A stretch of 64,000 nt of DNA from an uncultured virus (IMG/VR IMGVR_UViG_3300025126_000736) (taxonomy: Duplodnaviria > Heunggongvirae > Uroviricota > Caudoviricetes): IMG/VR virus record IMGVR_UViG_3300025126_000736. One strand, 5' to 3'. Each line of letters starts with the position of its first letter. Within the stretch, counting starts at the first letter, position 1. The position numbers and the translations under genes are program-made. The notes under the pieces are model-generated. The model was given only the letters and a program-made list of their open reading frames with translations, was not told the DNA's origin and did not search any database. This document shows positions 48,428 through 58,098 of the stretch, in pieces.

Positions 48428-49480
48428 ATGGATACAGTAACTAGCGCAGTAACCGAAAATGAAGAGATCATTAAATTAACGCCAATGGAAGAATTAATTA
48501 ATGCATTTAAAGTTCTGGATGTTGAAAAAGTAAAGCAATTAACAAAATTACCAGAATTAAACTTTTTAGATGACGCTGTAATATCATCGTTGTATAATTT
48601 TGTATACAGCAAGGTTGATAGTAAAGAAGTTGAAGTTTCTGCCGCTGCAAAAACTATGGTTGAAGTTTATAAGCAGAATTCAAATGTGGTCATTTTAGAA
48701 AAAATGGAAGAATGGTCATTAGAAGAACTTGAAGTAAAGGTGAATGAGTCTGGATTGTCTCATTTATCAAGTAAATTAGTATTGAATTTAATTAAGGCTG
48801 CTGAATGTAATAAAGCATTGGTTTTGATTAATTCTGTAAACTTGCACTTGCCGTTAGAGTTAGTGGATAAGTTTAAGGCGACAGCATTATTATTGGAAAG
48901 TATTAAGGAAGATAGTCCTCTTGAAGATTTAAAAGAAAGTCTAAAAGGAAATTATGATAAAGATATTGTTAAAGAGCTTTTGTTGACTGCTCGTGATATT
49001 TCAGAATCAAAATTGCTATTATTGAAAGATGCAAAACTGTATTTACTAACGGATGTTCTGAGCGAATTAATTAGAGGTGATTTTAAAGATTTTAGTAAGT
49101 TATTTTTAGAGTCATTAAATGTATTAAGTGAAGAAGATAAACAAAATTTATTGGTAGAAGCGACATCAAAACGCAGAGAAATAGTATATGAATTAATTCA
49201 GGAACATGTAACGGAGATCCCAGATAAAGTAGCACTTAATTTATTAAATTCTGAGCAGCGTGTAGAATGGTTAAGAAAAGTGTTAAATGATCCAAAATTT
49301 GTTTGTGATTGTAAGGAGTTTATTAATTATTCTCGCAGTCAAAAGCAATTTGATTTAATTATGGAAAATCCAAAAATCAATAAATATGTGAAAGAAAATC
49401 AGTATGAAGTTAAAGTGACTGCATTTTTTAAGCATCATATGGCTAAAGCATCGGTAAAACGCAAGTTTGACGATTTTTAA
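48428..49480 (+). CDS. helical-repeat hypothetical protein
   Basis: 350-aa Leu/Glu/Lys-rich ORF ending VKRKFDDF*. Confidence 0.65.
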   Translation: MDTVTSAVTENEEIIKLTPMEELINAFKVLDVEKVKQLTKLPELNFLDDAVISSLYNFVYSKVDSKEVEVSAAAKTMVEVYKQNSNVVILEKMEEWSLEELEVKVNESGLSHLSSKLVLNLIKAAECNKALVLINSVNLHLPLELVDKFKATALLLESIKEDSPLEDLKESLKGNYDKDIVKELLLTARDISESKLLLLKDAKLYLLTDVLSELIRGDFKDFSKLFLESLNVLSEEDKQNLLVEATSKRREIVYELIQEHVTEIPDKVALNLLNSEQRVEWLRKVLNDPKFVCDCKEFINYSRSQKQFDLIMENPKINKYVKENQYEVKVTAFFKHHMAKASVKRKFDDF

Positions 49481-49608
49481 AAATAAAAGTAAGTAATATG
49501 GTATAAGAGATTGTGCGTAAATTAAGTAAAAAGTCAATTGGTAAACAATTTGATTGCGAAATTTGCGCATTTTTTTGGTTATTAATTTGAGATGTATAAG
49601 GGGAAAGT

Positions 49609-49821
49609 ATGAGTGACGAAAATAAAGGTGACTTTTTTGTGATGCTGACCACTCAAAAAGGTGATTTTACGCCTTTAATGTTATGTGAAGATATTGCAAC
49701 GTCTGAAAGTGAACTCGCTAAATTTAAGACAAAAAAAGCAGCTCGTGTTGGTGCTTTAAGCTCAGTCCTTGGTGAGAAATTTGGGTATGAAATTTTTGAA
49801 ATAGGAACTGGTGATAGTTAA
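49609..49821 (+). CDS. small hypothetical protein
   Basis: AAGGGG RBS, 70 aa. Confidence 0.55.
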   Translation: MSDENKGDFFVMLTTQKGDFTPLMLCEDIATSESELAKFKTKKAARVGALSSVLGEKFGYEIFEIGTGDS

Positions 49822-49872
49822 TTAAATAGGCTAATAATGTTGGTGAAAAACTTTGCAAAATAAGGAAAAATA

Positions 49873-50649
49873 ATGAATTTAATAAATAAAGTAATAATGA
49901 GCTTATGTGTTGTAGGGACAATATTTTCTAGTCAAGTAATGGCAAAAGATATTGAACTTAAAGAAAAAAAATTAGTGATAAGATTTGAAGATAATTTAGC
50001 TCACACAAATTTAAAATATGTTGACGGAACAGAAATATCAAAGCCAGAAGATTTCAACGTAAAAGGTTTCTTAGAATTAAAAGAATTAGCTGATGATAAA
50101 ATGGATGTTGTTGCTTATAAGGTAATTGATTTTACTGGTGATTTAGGTAGAGTTGATGTTCTAAAAGATGATGAATTGATAAAAGATGTAGATTATTACA
50201 AGATGGATTCCAAGACTTATGTTAAGGTTGAGCATAAGATCCTTCCTATTGAAAAAGAAAATGCTGCAAAAATAGAAATACAAAAGAACGCAGATGGCTA
50301 TAGTGTATACGTTAACGAGTATGAGATTAAGTTCATCAATTATAAAGCAGAAGGGTTAGAAGTAAGTTTTAAAAACAAAATAGATTATTCATACGGTGAT
50401 ATGTGCTACTATTTAACATTTTGTAATGATAAATTATTATTAAATAAGGAGCAAAAAGATATTGTTAATATTGGTGATGGTGATGGTAATGACAATATAA
50501 AAGAGGTGTCTAAAAGAAGTATTTTGGTTACAAATAAGGGGTTCCCTCAAAAATTAAGTGTATTTGTAAGGATAATTGATGATGGTGTTATTATAACAAA
50601 GAGATTGATTATTGACTCTGAGACATTTGAAATTCAATTAGATGAGTAA
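49873..50649 (+). CDS. secreted hypothetical protein
   Basis: Sec signal peptide ending in VMA. Confidence 0.65.
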   Translation: MNLINKVIMSLCVVGTIFSSQVMAKDIELKEKKLVIRFEDNLAHTNLKYVDGTEISKPEDFNVKGFLELKELADDKMDVVAYKVIDFTGDLGRVDVLKDDELIKDVDYYKMDSKTYVKVEHKILPIEKENAAKIEIQKNADGYSVYVNEYEIKFINYKAEGLEVSFKNKIDYSYGDMCYYLTFCNDKLLLNKEQKDIVNIGDGDGNDNIKEVSKRSILVTNKGFPQKLSVFVRIIDDGVIITKRLIIDSETFEIQLDE

Positions 50650-50676
50650 GATTTTGGATTAAATTTTGTGAACATT

Positions 50677-50702
50677 AAAAGCCCTAATTAATAGGGCTTT
50701 TT
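50677..50702. terminator. bidirectional intrinsic terminator
   Basis: AAAAGCCCTA-loop-TAGGGCTTTTT. Confidence 0.75.
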
Positions 50703-50723
50703 GTTTTTGGAAAAACCTAATAT

Positions 50724-51041
50724 TTAATTTAGCTTTTTCGTTTTATCTGTGCTGGTGTAATAACACATTCTTTTTGATTCTTTTTTTAGAAAATCCGCAT
50801 CGGCTTTTGAAATGCTCCATACATCCGTTGCCTCACCATCAATAAATTTAATTGTTTTTTTAGAAAACAAAAAATAAGAATCCGAATCTGTCTTAATTAA
50901 ATGGAAGTATGCACGATGATCACTCTCAAATGCAAATTCCTTGCATTCAACTAAGTTATCAATATTGTTAATGTTGTCTTGAATTAATAAAGAAAGTTCA
51001 GTAGGGATATTGAATTGAACTCGTTGTGTTGTGTTGTTCAT
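50724..51041 (-). CDS. hypothetical protein, paralog of 51109..51489
   Basis: Shared FNxPxE, KExAFESDxR, SKRxCxYTSxD. Confidence 0.65.
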   Translation of the reverse strand: MNNTTQRVQFNIPTELSLLIQDNINNIDNLVECKEFAFESDHRAYFHLIKTDSDSYFLFSKKTIKFIDGEATDVWSISKADADFLKKESKRMCYYTSTDKTKKLN

Positions 51042-51108
51042 AATTTGCCTAATAATGTGATTAAATAATAACTAATTATAACAACTTGTAACGTAAAATG
51101 CAAGGAAG

Positions 51109-51489
51109 TTAGAAAGACTTAAGTTTGTAAAAAAAATGAGGATTAATTAATAAATTATTTAAAGCCAAAGATCTTAATGTATTTTTTCGATCAGGACTGG
51201 TGTAAAAACAAAGCCGTTTCGATTGATTAAATACATCATTATTATCAACAATTAGGCAAGTCCAAGTTTCAAAAACTTCATTATTTGTGATGGACTTAAT
51301 GACTTTGTTTGATATAATAAAATGAGATTTTGTTTCTGATTTAATAAAATGAATAAATGAACGAAAGTCACTTTCAAAAGCGACTTCTTTAATATATTCT
51401 ACCTCTCCAATAATATCAATTTTTTTAGATAATAAAGATATTATCTCTGCAGGAGTGTTAAAGGTAAAGTCTTTGAAAAAATCTTTCAA
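51109..51489 (-). CDS. hypothetical protein, paralog of 50724..51041 with an added KLxxF tail
   Basis: Same motifs plus an extension ending FYKLKSF*. Confidence 0.65.
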   Translation of the reverse strand: MKDFFKDFTFNTPAEIISLLSKKIDIIGEVEYIKEVAFESDFRSFIHFIKSETKSHFIISNKVIKSITNNEVFETWTCLIVDNNDVFNQSKRLCFYTSPDRKNTLRSLALNNLLINPHFFYKLKSF

Positions 51490-51666
51490 TTGAATATCCT
51501 TTTGATATAAATAATATGAATTATATCAGCATTAATAGGAGAATACAATAATAACTTATTTATATTATTAAGACTACTATATTTTGATTTATTTAAGAAA
51601 TAAATTGCGATATAAGTATTAATGAGTTATAATAATGATTATATTTTGTAAAACGGAGTTAATATC

Positions 51667-52146
51667 ATGAACTTTAAAGAACAATTATTGCAAGCACTAT
51701 CAGAGGATACAGCATTTAGAGAGGAAGTGGCTTTTTTGCTGGCAGATGATTTAACTGACGCATTAATACTTGATACAAGTCATTCTTATGTAACTGTAAC
51801 TAGAAATGAATGTGAACATGAAGTTGAAGTTATTACGGAAGTATCATTAATGTCAAACAATTTGCCATCAGATGAAGATAGGCTGGCGAAGTTGCGTTAT
51901 GAAAAGAATAGATTAATATCAAGTGGTTATGAAAAATTGTGGAGAAAAATTAAAACAAAAAATAGAGTTAGGCGCGAGGAAACAAGAGGTATCTATACCG
52001 ATTTAGTTGACTCTAAAATAGTTGAGGGTAAACCAATTAATTATATTAAATCAATTGTTGATATTATTGAGAACATACAAGATAATGTATTGAGTAATAT
52101 AGATAAGGCAGAAGCCTTGCCAGATTTTTTACTAAAAATAAAATAG
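51667..52146 (+). CDS. hypothetical protein
   Basis: GGAG RBS; TTGCGA-17-TATAAT promoter. Confidence 0.65.
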   Translation: MNFKEQLLQALSEDTAFREEVAFLLADDLTDALILDTSHSYVTVTRNECEHEVEVITEVSLMSNNLPSDEDRLAKLRYEKNRLISSGYEKLWRKIKTKNRVRREETRGIYTDLVDSKIVEGKPINYIKSIVDIIENIQDNVLSNIDKAEALPDFLLKIK

Positions 52147-52156
52147 GTGCAATATC

Positions 52157-52525
52157 ATGGCTAAGAAAAACATTAAATTGACAGCAGAAGAACAAGAGAT
52201 TGTTAATAAGGCGAAAAATATTGAGCCAGTAAATTGTGAAGATAAAGAAGCTAATTATATTTTTGATAAATTTGCTCCTGTTGGAGATGTTACTGGTATG
52301 ATTTTTTCAACTGAATATGTTCCATTAGTTAGAGGTTTTTTTTCAAAAAAATATTATTTATTAAAAATGAAGTGTGGGTCAACTGATTTGCCAAAAGCGA
52401 GAAGTGTAACTGAGTGGTGCGATCATATTTTAAAGTTTAAAAATAAGGAAGATTTTGAGAACTATTGTGCATACTGGCGATTAGTGATTAAATCTCAGAA
52501 TAACGTTAGAATTACAATGCAGTAA
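52157..52525 (+). CDS. hypothetical protein
   Basis: AGGTG RBS, 122 aa. Confidence 0.6.
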   Translation: MAKKNIKLTAEEQEIVNKAKNIEPVNCEDKEANYIFDKFAPVGDVTGMIFSTEYVPLVRGFFSKKYYLLKMKCGSTDLPKARSVTEWCDHILKFKNKEDFENYCAYWRLVIKSQNNVRITMQ

Positions 52526-52536
52526 AAATATATATT

Positions 52537-52570
52537 AAAAAAAACCTTACTATTTAGTAAGGTTTTTTTT
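52537..52570 (+). terminator. intrinsic terminator
   Basis: A-run CCTTACTA-loop-TAGTAAGG T-run. Confidence 0.75.
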
Positions 52571-52692
52571 GTATTATTGAATTAAAATAACAAAAGTGAT
52601 TAATGGTCACAAAGATAAGGTTTATTTTAAAAATTGACAAAAAAAACAAATAAATGTATAATAGAAGATATTTTAAAAGTTAGGTGTAAAAA

Positions 52693-53337
52693 ATGTACAA
52701 GTATTTTTCGATCAAAGAAATAAAAATTATTGAAGGCAAAGATATTGATTATATTGTAAATTTAGCTTACGCAAAAATAACAAAAAATGGACAAAATATT
52801 CGACTAGAAGGAATGTCTGAAAAACACATTATAGAGTTTAACATATCTATGAAAAACAAATTTGATAAAAAAATATCGAAACTAACCATTGATGACATTC
52901 TTTATACGCTAAATATTAGAAAATCTTTTTTTAGAAACAAAAATTTAGAAAAAATAATTAATTATGTAAAAAACCTAAACGCTAAAATTCAGTTTTCTGA
53001 TAAAGTGTTATTAAATGAAGTGTCTGCTTTGTCGAGTTCAATTGAGGAAGAAAGCTTAATAATCAAGGAAATGGTTAGTAGGCAGAGAAAAATAAAAAAA
53101 GGTCTTTATGAGTTAAGAACAGTAATGCGCGAAATAGAATTGTTTGTTGATGGAAGAATGTTGTTAGATAATAGTGATGATTTTTTAATAAAACAAGTGG
53201 AAAGATTTGGTGAGGGAACTGAAAACTTAATTATGTTAAGGGAGTTAACAAATAAAATAAAAGAGCAGGACAAGAAAATAATGGAAATAATGCAAGAAAA
53301 AAGAAAGGTAATTGATAAGCTAAAAATAATCATTTAA
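52693..53337 (+). CDS. coiled-coil hypothetical protein, probable distant paralog of 55186..55848
   Basis: TTGACA-17-TATAAT promoter; similar length and layout (Y.V.L...SFF...EK.IN..K) to the gene after IscB. Confidence 0.6.
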   Translation: MYKYFSIKEIKIIEGKDIDYIVNLAYAKITKNGQNIRLEGMSEKHIIEFNISMKNKFDKKISKLTIDDILYTLNIRKSFFRNKNLEKIINYVKNLNAKIQFSDKVLLNEVSALSSSIEEESLIIKEMVSRQRKIKKGLYELRTVMREIELFVDGRMLLDNSDDFLIKQVERFGEGTENLIMLRELTNKIKEQDKKIMEIMQEKRKVIDKLKIII

Positions 53338-53365
53338 ATTAATTATGGTAAGACTGAAATAAGGT

Positions 53366-53590
53366 GTGAATAACCACACCCTAAAGGATGTGGCTTCTTA
53401 TTGAAGCCAAATTCTTAGGACTCAAGTTGCTTCGGCTTCTTGTGGTTATTTTAATCCCACTTTTTAGTTGAAAAACTAAAATATGATATGAGTATTACCT
53501 ACAAATTTTTCCAGTTTGTAGCACTATTAATCTGATATCAAGGGTAGGAAGAAATAACAACCTTCGGGTTGATTTAACGTAAATAAGAGG
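53366..53590 (+). ncRNA. omegaRNA scaffold of IscB
   Basis: Structured non-coding region directly upstream of iscB (GGCTTC-TTATT-GAAGCC, CTACAAA..TTTGTAG, AACC-TTCG-GGTT hairpins). Confidence 0.75.
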
Positions 53591-53596
53591 ATAATA

Positions 53597-55123
53597 ATGC
53601 AAAAAAACAAAAGTAATGATGGGCAATATTACGTTTATGTCCAAGACATAGATGGAACTCCGCTTATGCCGACCAAGCGTTTTCGCAAAGTGAGACTTTT
53701 ATTAAAAAAAGGTGAGGCTAAAGTCGTTTCTTACGACCCATTCACCATTAAAATGCTTTATAATGTAGGAAAAGAAGTTCAAACGCTTAATTTGGGCATT
53801 GATACAGGCACGTCAAATATTGGCGTTTCCGTCACAACAAATGAAGGTAAAGAATTGCTTTCTTCTACATTTAAAACAAACACATTAAAGATAAAAGGCA
53901 CTATGGAAAAACGCCTTTCTCATAGACACACAAGAACACGACTCAAACGAGAAAAGAAAAAACGTAGAGCCATTGCCAATAACACTCATTTTAAGGGTGT
54001 TAAAGAATTTATGGCCTATGGCGCAAAAACCACCACAAAATACAAAGTAATTCGTTCTTCAATTTGTCGCTTAGAAAAGAAAGTTAACGCTGGTAAATTA
54101 TCAAATACCGCGCAACATTGCCTTGACAATCATATCAATGTAGTCAACAAAATAAAGAAAATATTGCCCATTAAAAACGTAGTGGTAGAATATGCTTCAT
54201 TCGATCTTCATAAGTTAATTAACCCCAGTGTGAAAGGAGTTGATTATCAAAAAGGGGCGCTTTACAATGAGTTAAATCATAAATCTTATGTATTGAGTAG
54301 AGATGATCATACTTGTGTTTTGTGTAACAAAAGAAAAAAAGATAAGTTTCTTGAAGTACATCATGTTATTTATAAATCTAATGGTGGTGCAGATCATTTT
54401 AATAATATGGTGACGTTACACAGTGAATGTCATAAAAAAGTGCATAATGATGTTAAAATAGAGGAAAATCTTTTTAACATAATTAAAAAGAGAGATATTT
54501 TAAAAGAGACTCTTCAAACAAGGCAAGCCACTATTTTAAACAGTGTTATGTCACGATTTTTTCTATTTTTACATAATAATTTTGAGTATGTAGAAGAAAC
54601 CTTTGGTTATGAAACAAAAGCAAAACGTTATGAATATGGGATTGATAAATCGCATAATAATGATGCATTTGTTATTTCCTTTGGGAATAATAAGCCCAAA
54701 AAATTAAGTCGTGCGGTGGAAATTGAATACGAACAATTTGCCAATAACAAGCGTGTATTCATTTATGCAACGACAAAAAGAAGGTATACCTCCATTATTG
54801 ATGGTAAAAAAGTCACTGTTTATAATCGAAAAAAAGCAATGAACCAAAAAGAAGATTCTCTTGAAGAGTTCAGAGAAAAATACACTCAAAAACACGTTTC
54901 TCAACTAAAAGTATTGAAAGGTACAGTTAAGTTTCAAGATCGGTCACATTATTCGTTTGAAAAGGGAGATTTGGTTAAGCTCAATGGAAAATTAAGGGTA
55001 ATTTCAGGCAATACCAATAACGGAAAGTATGTAAGATTGAAGAATGAGGGGACAACTAATTTCAGTCCTAAAGAGTTAATAATGCTTAACCCTCGCCAAA
55101 ATTTCAGAAGGATTAATTGGTAA
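53597..55123 (+). CDS. iscB: IscB RNA-guided endonuclease (PLMP/RRXRR, split RuvC, HNH)
   Basis: GTPLMPTKR; RuvC-I LGIDTG; Arg-rich bridge helix; RuvC-II VVEYASFD; HNH EVHHV..SNGG.D...N..TL...CH..VH; RuvC-III KSHNNDA. Confidence 0.93.
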   Translation: MQKNKSNDGQYYVYVQDIDGTPLMPTKRFRKVRLLLKKGEAKVVSYDPFTIKMLYNVGKEVQTLNLGIDTGTSNIGVSVTTNEGKELLSSTFKTNTLKIKGTMEKRLSHRHTRTRLKREKKKRRAIANNTHFKGVKEFMAYGAKTTTKYKVIRSSICRLEKKVNAGKLSNTAQHCLDNHINVVNKIKKILPIKNVVVEYASFDLHKLINPSVKGVDYQKGALYNELNHKSYVLSRDDHTCVLCNKRKKDKFLEVHHVIYKSNGGADHFNNMVTLHSECHKKVHNDVKIEENLFNIIKKRDILKETLQTRQATILNSVMSRFFLFLHNNFEYVEETFGYETKAKRYEYGIDKSHNNDAFVISFGNNKPKKLSRAVEIEYEQFANNKRVFIYATTKRRYTSIIDGKKVTVYNRKKAMNQKEDSLEEFREKYTQKHVSQLKVLKGTVKFQDRSHYSFEKGDLVKLNGKLRVISGNTNNGKYVRLKNEGTTNFSPKELIMLNPRQNFRRINW

Positions 55124-55185
55124 CTAAGGCGCAATTTATCCCTGACCTGAAGGACAGGGTATTATTGCTAGAATTTGAGTACTAA

Positions 55186-55848
55186 ATGATAAAAATGAAG
55201 GATAAAAAAATGTTAGATAAAATAAGTATTTTAAGTGCAAATGTAGTCAATGACATTATAGAGTACAGTGTCGATTTGGGAAGTGTGCGAGTGGCTAGAA
55301 CAGGTAATAAAATTATAATGAAGATGTTTAATGAAGATAGTATCTGTCTTAATTTTGACGTGGAAAATAGTTATAAATTATGTGGTAGTGATAATTCAAG
55401 TATGAGTAAAATTATGTTCTTTATAATTATGCTTGATAAGAAAGGGTCTTTTTTTAAAAGTAAAAGTGAAAAAGTTATTATAAATTTTATAAAAAAAATA
55501 GATCAACAATTTCAAAATAAAAATAAAGAAAAGTTGTTTAATCTAATAAGTAAAATTGAACAAATGAATATAATAAGTAAAGATAAAAAAAATCTTGATG
55601 GATTAATTAAAAACCAAGAGGTTAGTTTAAAAGCAATAGATGAAGATTTTTTTGAAATAAAAAAATTTTTAAATAGTGAAGTAGAAGAAGAAGAGTCAAT
55701 TTTTTTAGAAAAAATAGAATCAAATTATATTAAAAACACAAGAAGTTTAATTGGTCTTAGAAAATTAAAGTCAGACCTAGTTTTAGTGAAGTCAAAAATA
55801 GAGGAATTAAAGAAAGAACAAGATGAAATTATGAAATTAGAAATTTAA
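55186..55848 (+). CDS. coiled-coil hypothetical protein
   Basis: 220-aa ORF just after the IscB right end. Confidence 0.6.
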   Translation: MIKMKDKKMLDKISILSANVVNDIIEYSVDLGSVRVARTGNKIIMKMFNEDSICLNFDVENSYKLCGSDNSSMSKIMFFIIMLDKKGSFFKSKSEKVIINFIKKIDQQFQNKNKEKLFNLISKIEQMNIISKDKKNLDGLIKNQEVSLKAIDEDFFEIKKFLNSEVEEEESIFLEKIESNYIKNTRSLIGLRKLKSDLVLVKSKIEELKKEQDEIMKLEI

Positions 55849-55858
55849 GAAAAAGTAT

Positions 55859-56509
55859 ATGTTAGGGAGGTTGATGATGGACTTTATTGAATTAGAGAAG
55901 AAGCTTGAAGATTTTGTTGTTAATAAAATGAACAAAGATGCAGCACATGATTTGGCACACATAAAAAGAGTATTGGTGACGGCAAAAAAAATGGCTACTG
56001 AGTTAAAAGCTGATTTAGCTGTTGTTATCCCTGCTTGCTGGTTGCATGATTGTGTTAATGTTGATAAATCGACTGATCAAAGAAGTTTAGGATCAAAGTT
56101 GAGTGCTGATGCTGCAATTGAATTTTTGGCTGAAATTAATTATGATAAAAAATATTATAAAGCAATTTATAATGCTATTCATGCTCATAGTTTTTCAGCA
56201 AATATTAAGACAAAAACGCTAGAAGCTGAAATAGTGCAAGACGCAGATAGGATAGATGCATTAGGTGCAATAGGAATAGCTCGTTGCCTTATGTATTCTG
56301 CTTCAAAAGGACGTCAATTGTATGTAATAGAAGATCCATTCGCTAAAAATAGAGATTTGGACGATAATAGTGCGGCAATAGATCATTTTTATACTAAATT
56401 AGAAAGTATTCATAAAACAATGAAAACTGATTTAGGCAAGAAGATTGCAAAAAAACGATGGAAATATATGGAAGGCTTTATAAATCAATTAAATGGGGAA
56501 ATAAAATGA
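55859..56509 (+). CDS. HD-domain phosphohydrolase (YedJ-like)
   Basis: DAAHDLAHIKRV, WLHDCV, AHSFSA, VQDADRIDALGAIGIAR, DHFYTKL. Confidence 0.9.
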   Translation: MLGRLMMDFIELEKKLEDFVVNKMNKDAAHDLAHIKRVLVTAKKMATELKADLAVVIPACWLHDCVNVDKSTDQRSLGSKLSADAAIEFLAEINYDKKYYKAIYNAIHAHSFSANIKTKTLEAEIVQDADRIDALGAIGIARCLMYSASKGRQLYVIEDPFAKNRDLDDNSAAIDHFYTKLESIHKTMKTDLGKKIAKKRWKYMEGFINQLNGEIK

Positions 56510-56859
56510 GTAAATTAATACCACTTGTATTGGCGATAATTTTAGTAGGAATGATGTTGATGTTAGGGCAGGATTTTGGAGATAAAACATTTTCTCCAAA
56601 TAAAATCACTTTATCAAGTTTTGAAGTAAAAGATAATATATTGCAATTTAATGATAATAATCTAAACAGTAATTATTCTAACAAAAGCAATGGCATATCA
56701 TTAAAAAATATTGTTTTTAAAAATAGTGACAAAATTGAGTTAAGTTATAATTACGACAAAGGTATTGTTATAGGTGTAAGGGAGTTGTATGTTAATGGTA
56801 ATTTGGTTTGGAAAAAAGGCGACTTAAAAGAGTTGGAATTTAATTTCAATAAGCAATAA
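56506..56859 (+). CDS. membrane-anchored hypothetical protein
   Basis: Track ORF 56458..56859; MSKLIPLVLAIILVGMM TM start. Confidence 0.55.
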   Translation: MSKLIPLVLAIILVGMMLMLGQDFGDKTFSPNKITLSSFEVKDNILQFNDNNLNSNYSNKSNGISLKNIVFKNSDKIELSYNYDKGIVIGVRELYVNGNLVWKKGDLKELEFNFNKQ

Positions 56860-56874
56860 GTAACGGGGGTTATT

Positions 56875-57189
56875 TTGGTAAAAAAAATATTAATTAGTGA
56901 GCTTATTGGGAAAAATGCAATAACCTACAAGCAATCAGAGTTACTATATAATGCACTAATGAATAACATGAGAAAGTCTGAAAAATCAATAATTAATTTT
57001 AAAGATGTGTCTGTAGTAACAAGTTCATTTTTTAATGGATCTGTATGTCTTTTATTGAAGGATTATACTATTGAAGAAGTGAAAATAATGATATCATTCG
57101 AAGATCTTTCAGAAGATAGCAGAAATGTACTAAATATATCAATTGCAAATGCAATTGAATTTTATGAAAAAAAGGAAAAAAAAACTTGA
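56875..57189 (+). CDS. STAS-like domain protein (DUF4325-like)
   Basis: IGKNAIT...LY...INFKDVSVVTSSFFNGSV. Confidence 0.7.
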   Translation: MVKKILISELIGKNAITYKQSELLYNALMNNMRKSEKSIINFKDVSVVTSSFFNGSVCLLLKDYTIEEVKIMISFEDLSEDSRNVLNISIANAIEFYEKKEKKT

Positions 57190-57671
57190 ATATTACAAAA
57201 GCAGAAGTGTTTAGTTATGATAATTGTAAAACATTTGGATATTATCTAGAAATGGACAATATTAGTGTTGAAATGCATTTAAATAAGATAAGTTTGACGG
57301 TAATTATAAAAGAAGATTTTATTTATGATAAAATTAATATTTTATTGAATATTGATGATAATTATAAGATACTAAGTAGTATAAGTGCAGTATCATTAAG
57401 AAAAATGATGTCAGTTTTATCTATGCAAAAATGCAATAAAAAATCAGCCGCAGAGACAATGGTAGTGCGTTGGGTTAGAGATATTAATATTAATATGCAG
57501 TCTGCTGAAAATCAAGGCGTGTTTGAAAAATACGTAAATAAAAACGAAAAACACCTTGATTATTTAGAGGGGGATATTTCCGAGGCTGATAAAAATCATT
57601 ATAAGAATAAAATGGCAGAAAATGATGTAGAATTGATAAATCATTTAAAAACTATATTGCTTTTAAGTTAA
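57186..57671 (+). CDS. hypothetical protein
   Basis: 161-aa ORF, TTGA overlap with the upstream gene. Confidence 0.55.
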   Translation: MNITKAEVFSYDNCKTFGYYLEMDNISVEMHLNKISLTVIIKEDFIYDKINILLNIDDNYKILSSISAVSLRKMMSVLSMQKCNKKSAAETMVVRWVRDININMQSAENQGVFEKYVNKNEKHLDYLEGDISEADKNHYKNKMAENDVELINHLKTILLLS

Positions 57672-57687
57672 AAAAATTAGTAAATAA

Positions 57688-57716
57688 CAAAAAAGTCCCT
57701 TTATGAGACTTTTTTT
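57688..57716. terminator. bidirectional intrinsic terminator
   Basis: CAAAAAAGTC-loop-GACTTTTTTTG. Confidence 0.65.
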
Positions 57717-57726
57717 GTATATATAT

Positions 57727-58077
57727 TTAATTATTATTGGAGAGTAATTCAATTATTTTTTTTTGCATTTCAGAATTATGTATTCTGTTTTGATAATAAT
57801 TAAGCTCTTCTGTACTGGCTAATGCAAGTAGATTACTTCCAGTTTTTTCAAATCCAATAAAGTCAGAAAACATAATAATGTCTTTGCCATAGCAGCGAGT
57901 GGAACTTAATGCTTCTGAAAGGTCAATATTTAGCTTTTTAAGTACTTCTGTAACACTTGCACTACTATTAACCGAAACAAGCTCACAAAGCGTCCTGTTT
58001 TGCTCTTGTTTGTCGCTTGATTGCGCTGAAAAAGATATAAGCGCAATAATTGCGATTAAGAATATGTTTTTTTGCAT
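57727..58077 (-). CDS. secreted DUF3718-like protein
   Basis: Signal peptide; LCELV....LKK.......RCYGKDII.F pattern typical of Alteromonadales DUF3718. Confidence 0.6.
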   Translation of the reverse strand: MQKNIFLIAIIALISFSAQSSDKQEQNRTLCELVSVNSSASVTEVLKKLNIDLSEALSSTRCYGKDIIMFSDFIGFEKTGSNLLALASTEELNYYQNRIHNSEMQKKIIELLSNNN

Positions 58078-58098
58078 AATGAAATTTCCTATTAATTA

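Larger units (their letters stand above)
53366..55178 (+). mobile_element. non-autonomous IS200/IS605-family IscB element (omegaRNA + iscB, no tnpA)
   Basis: Left-end hairpin GTGAATAACCACACCCTAAAGGATGTGGCTT; right-end hairpin GCAATTTATCCCTGACCTGAAGGACAGGGTATTATTGC; exact right end uncertain by a few nt. Confidence 0.8.
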
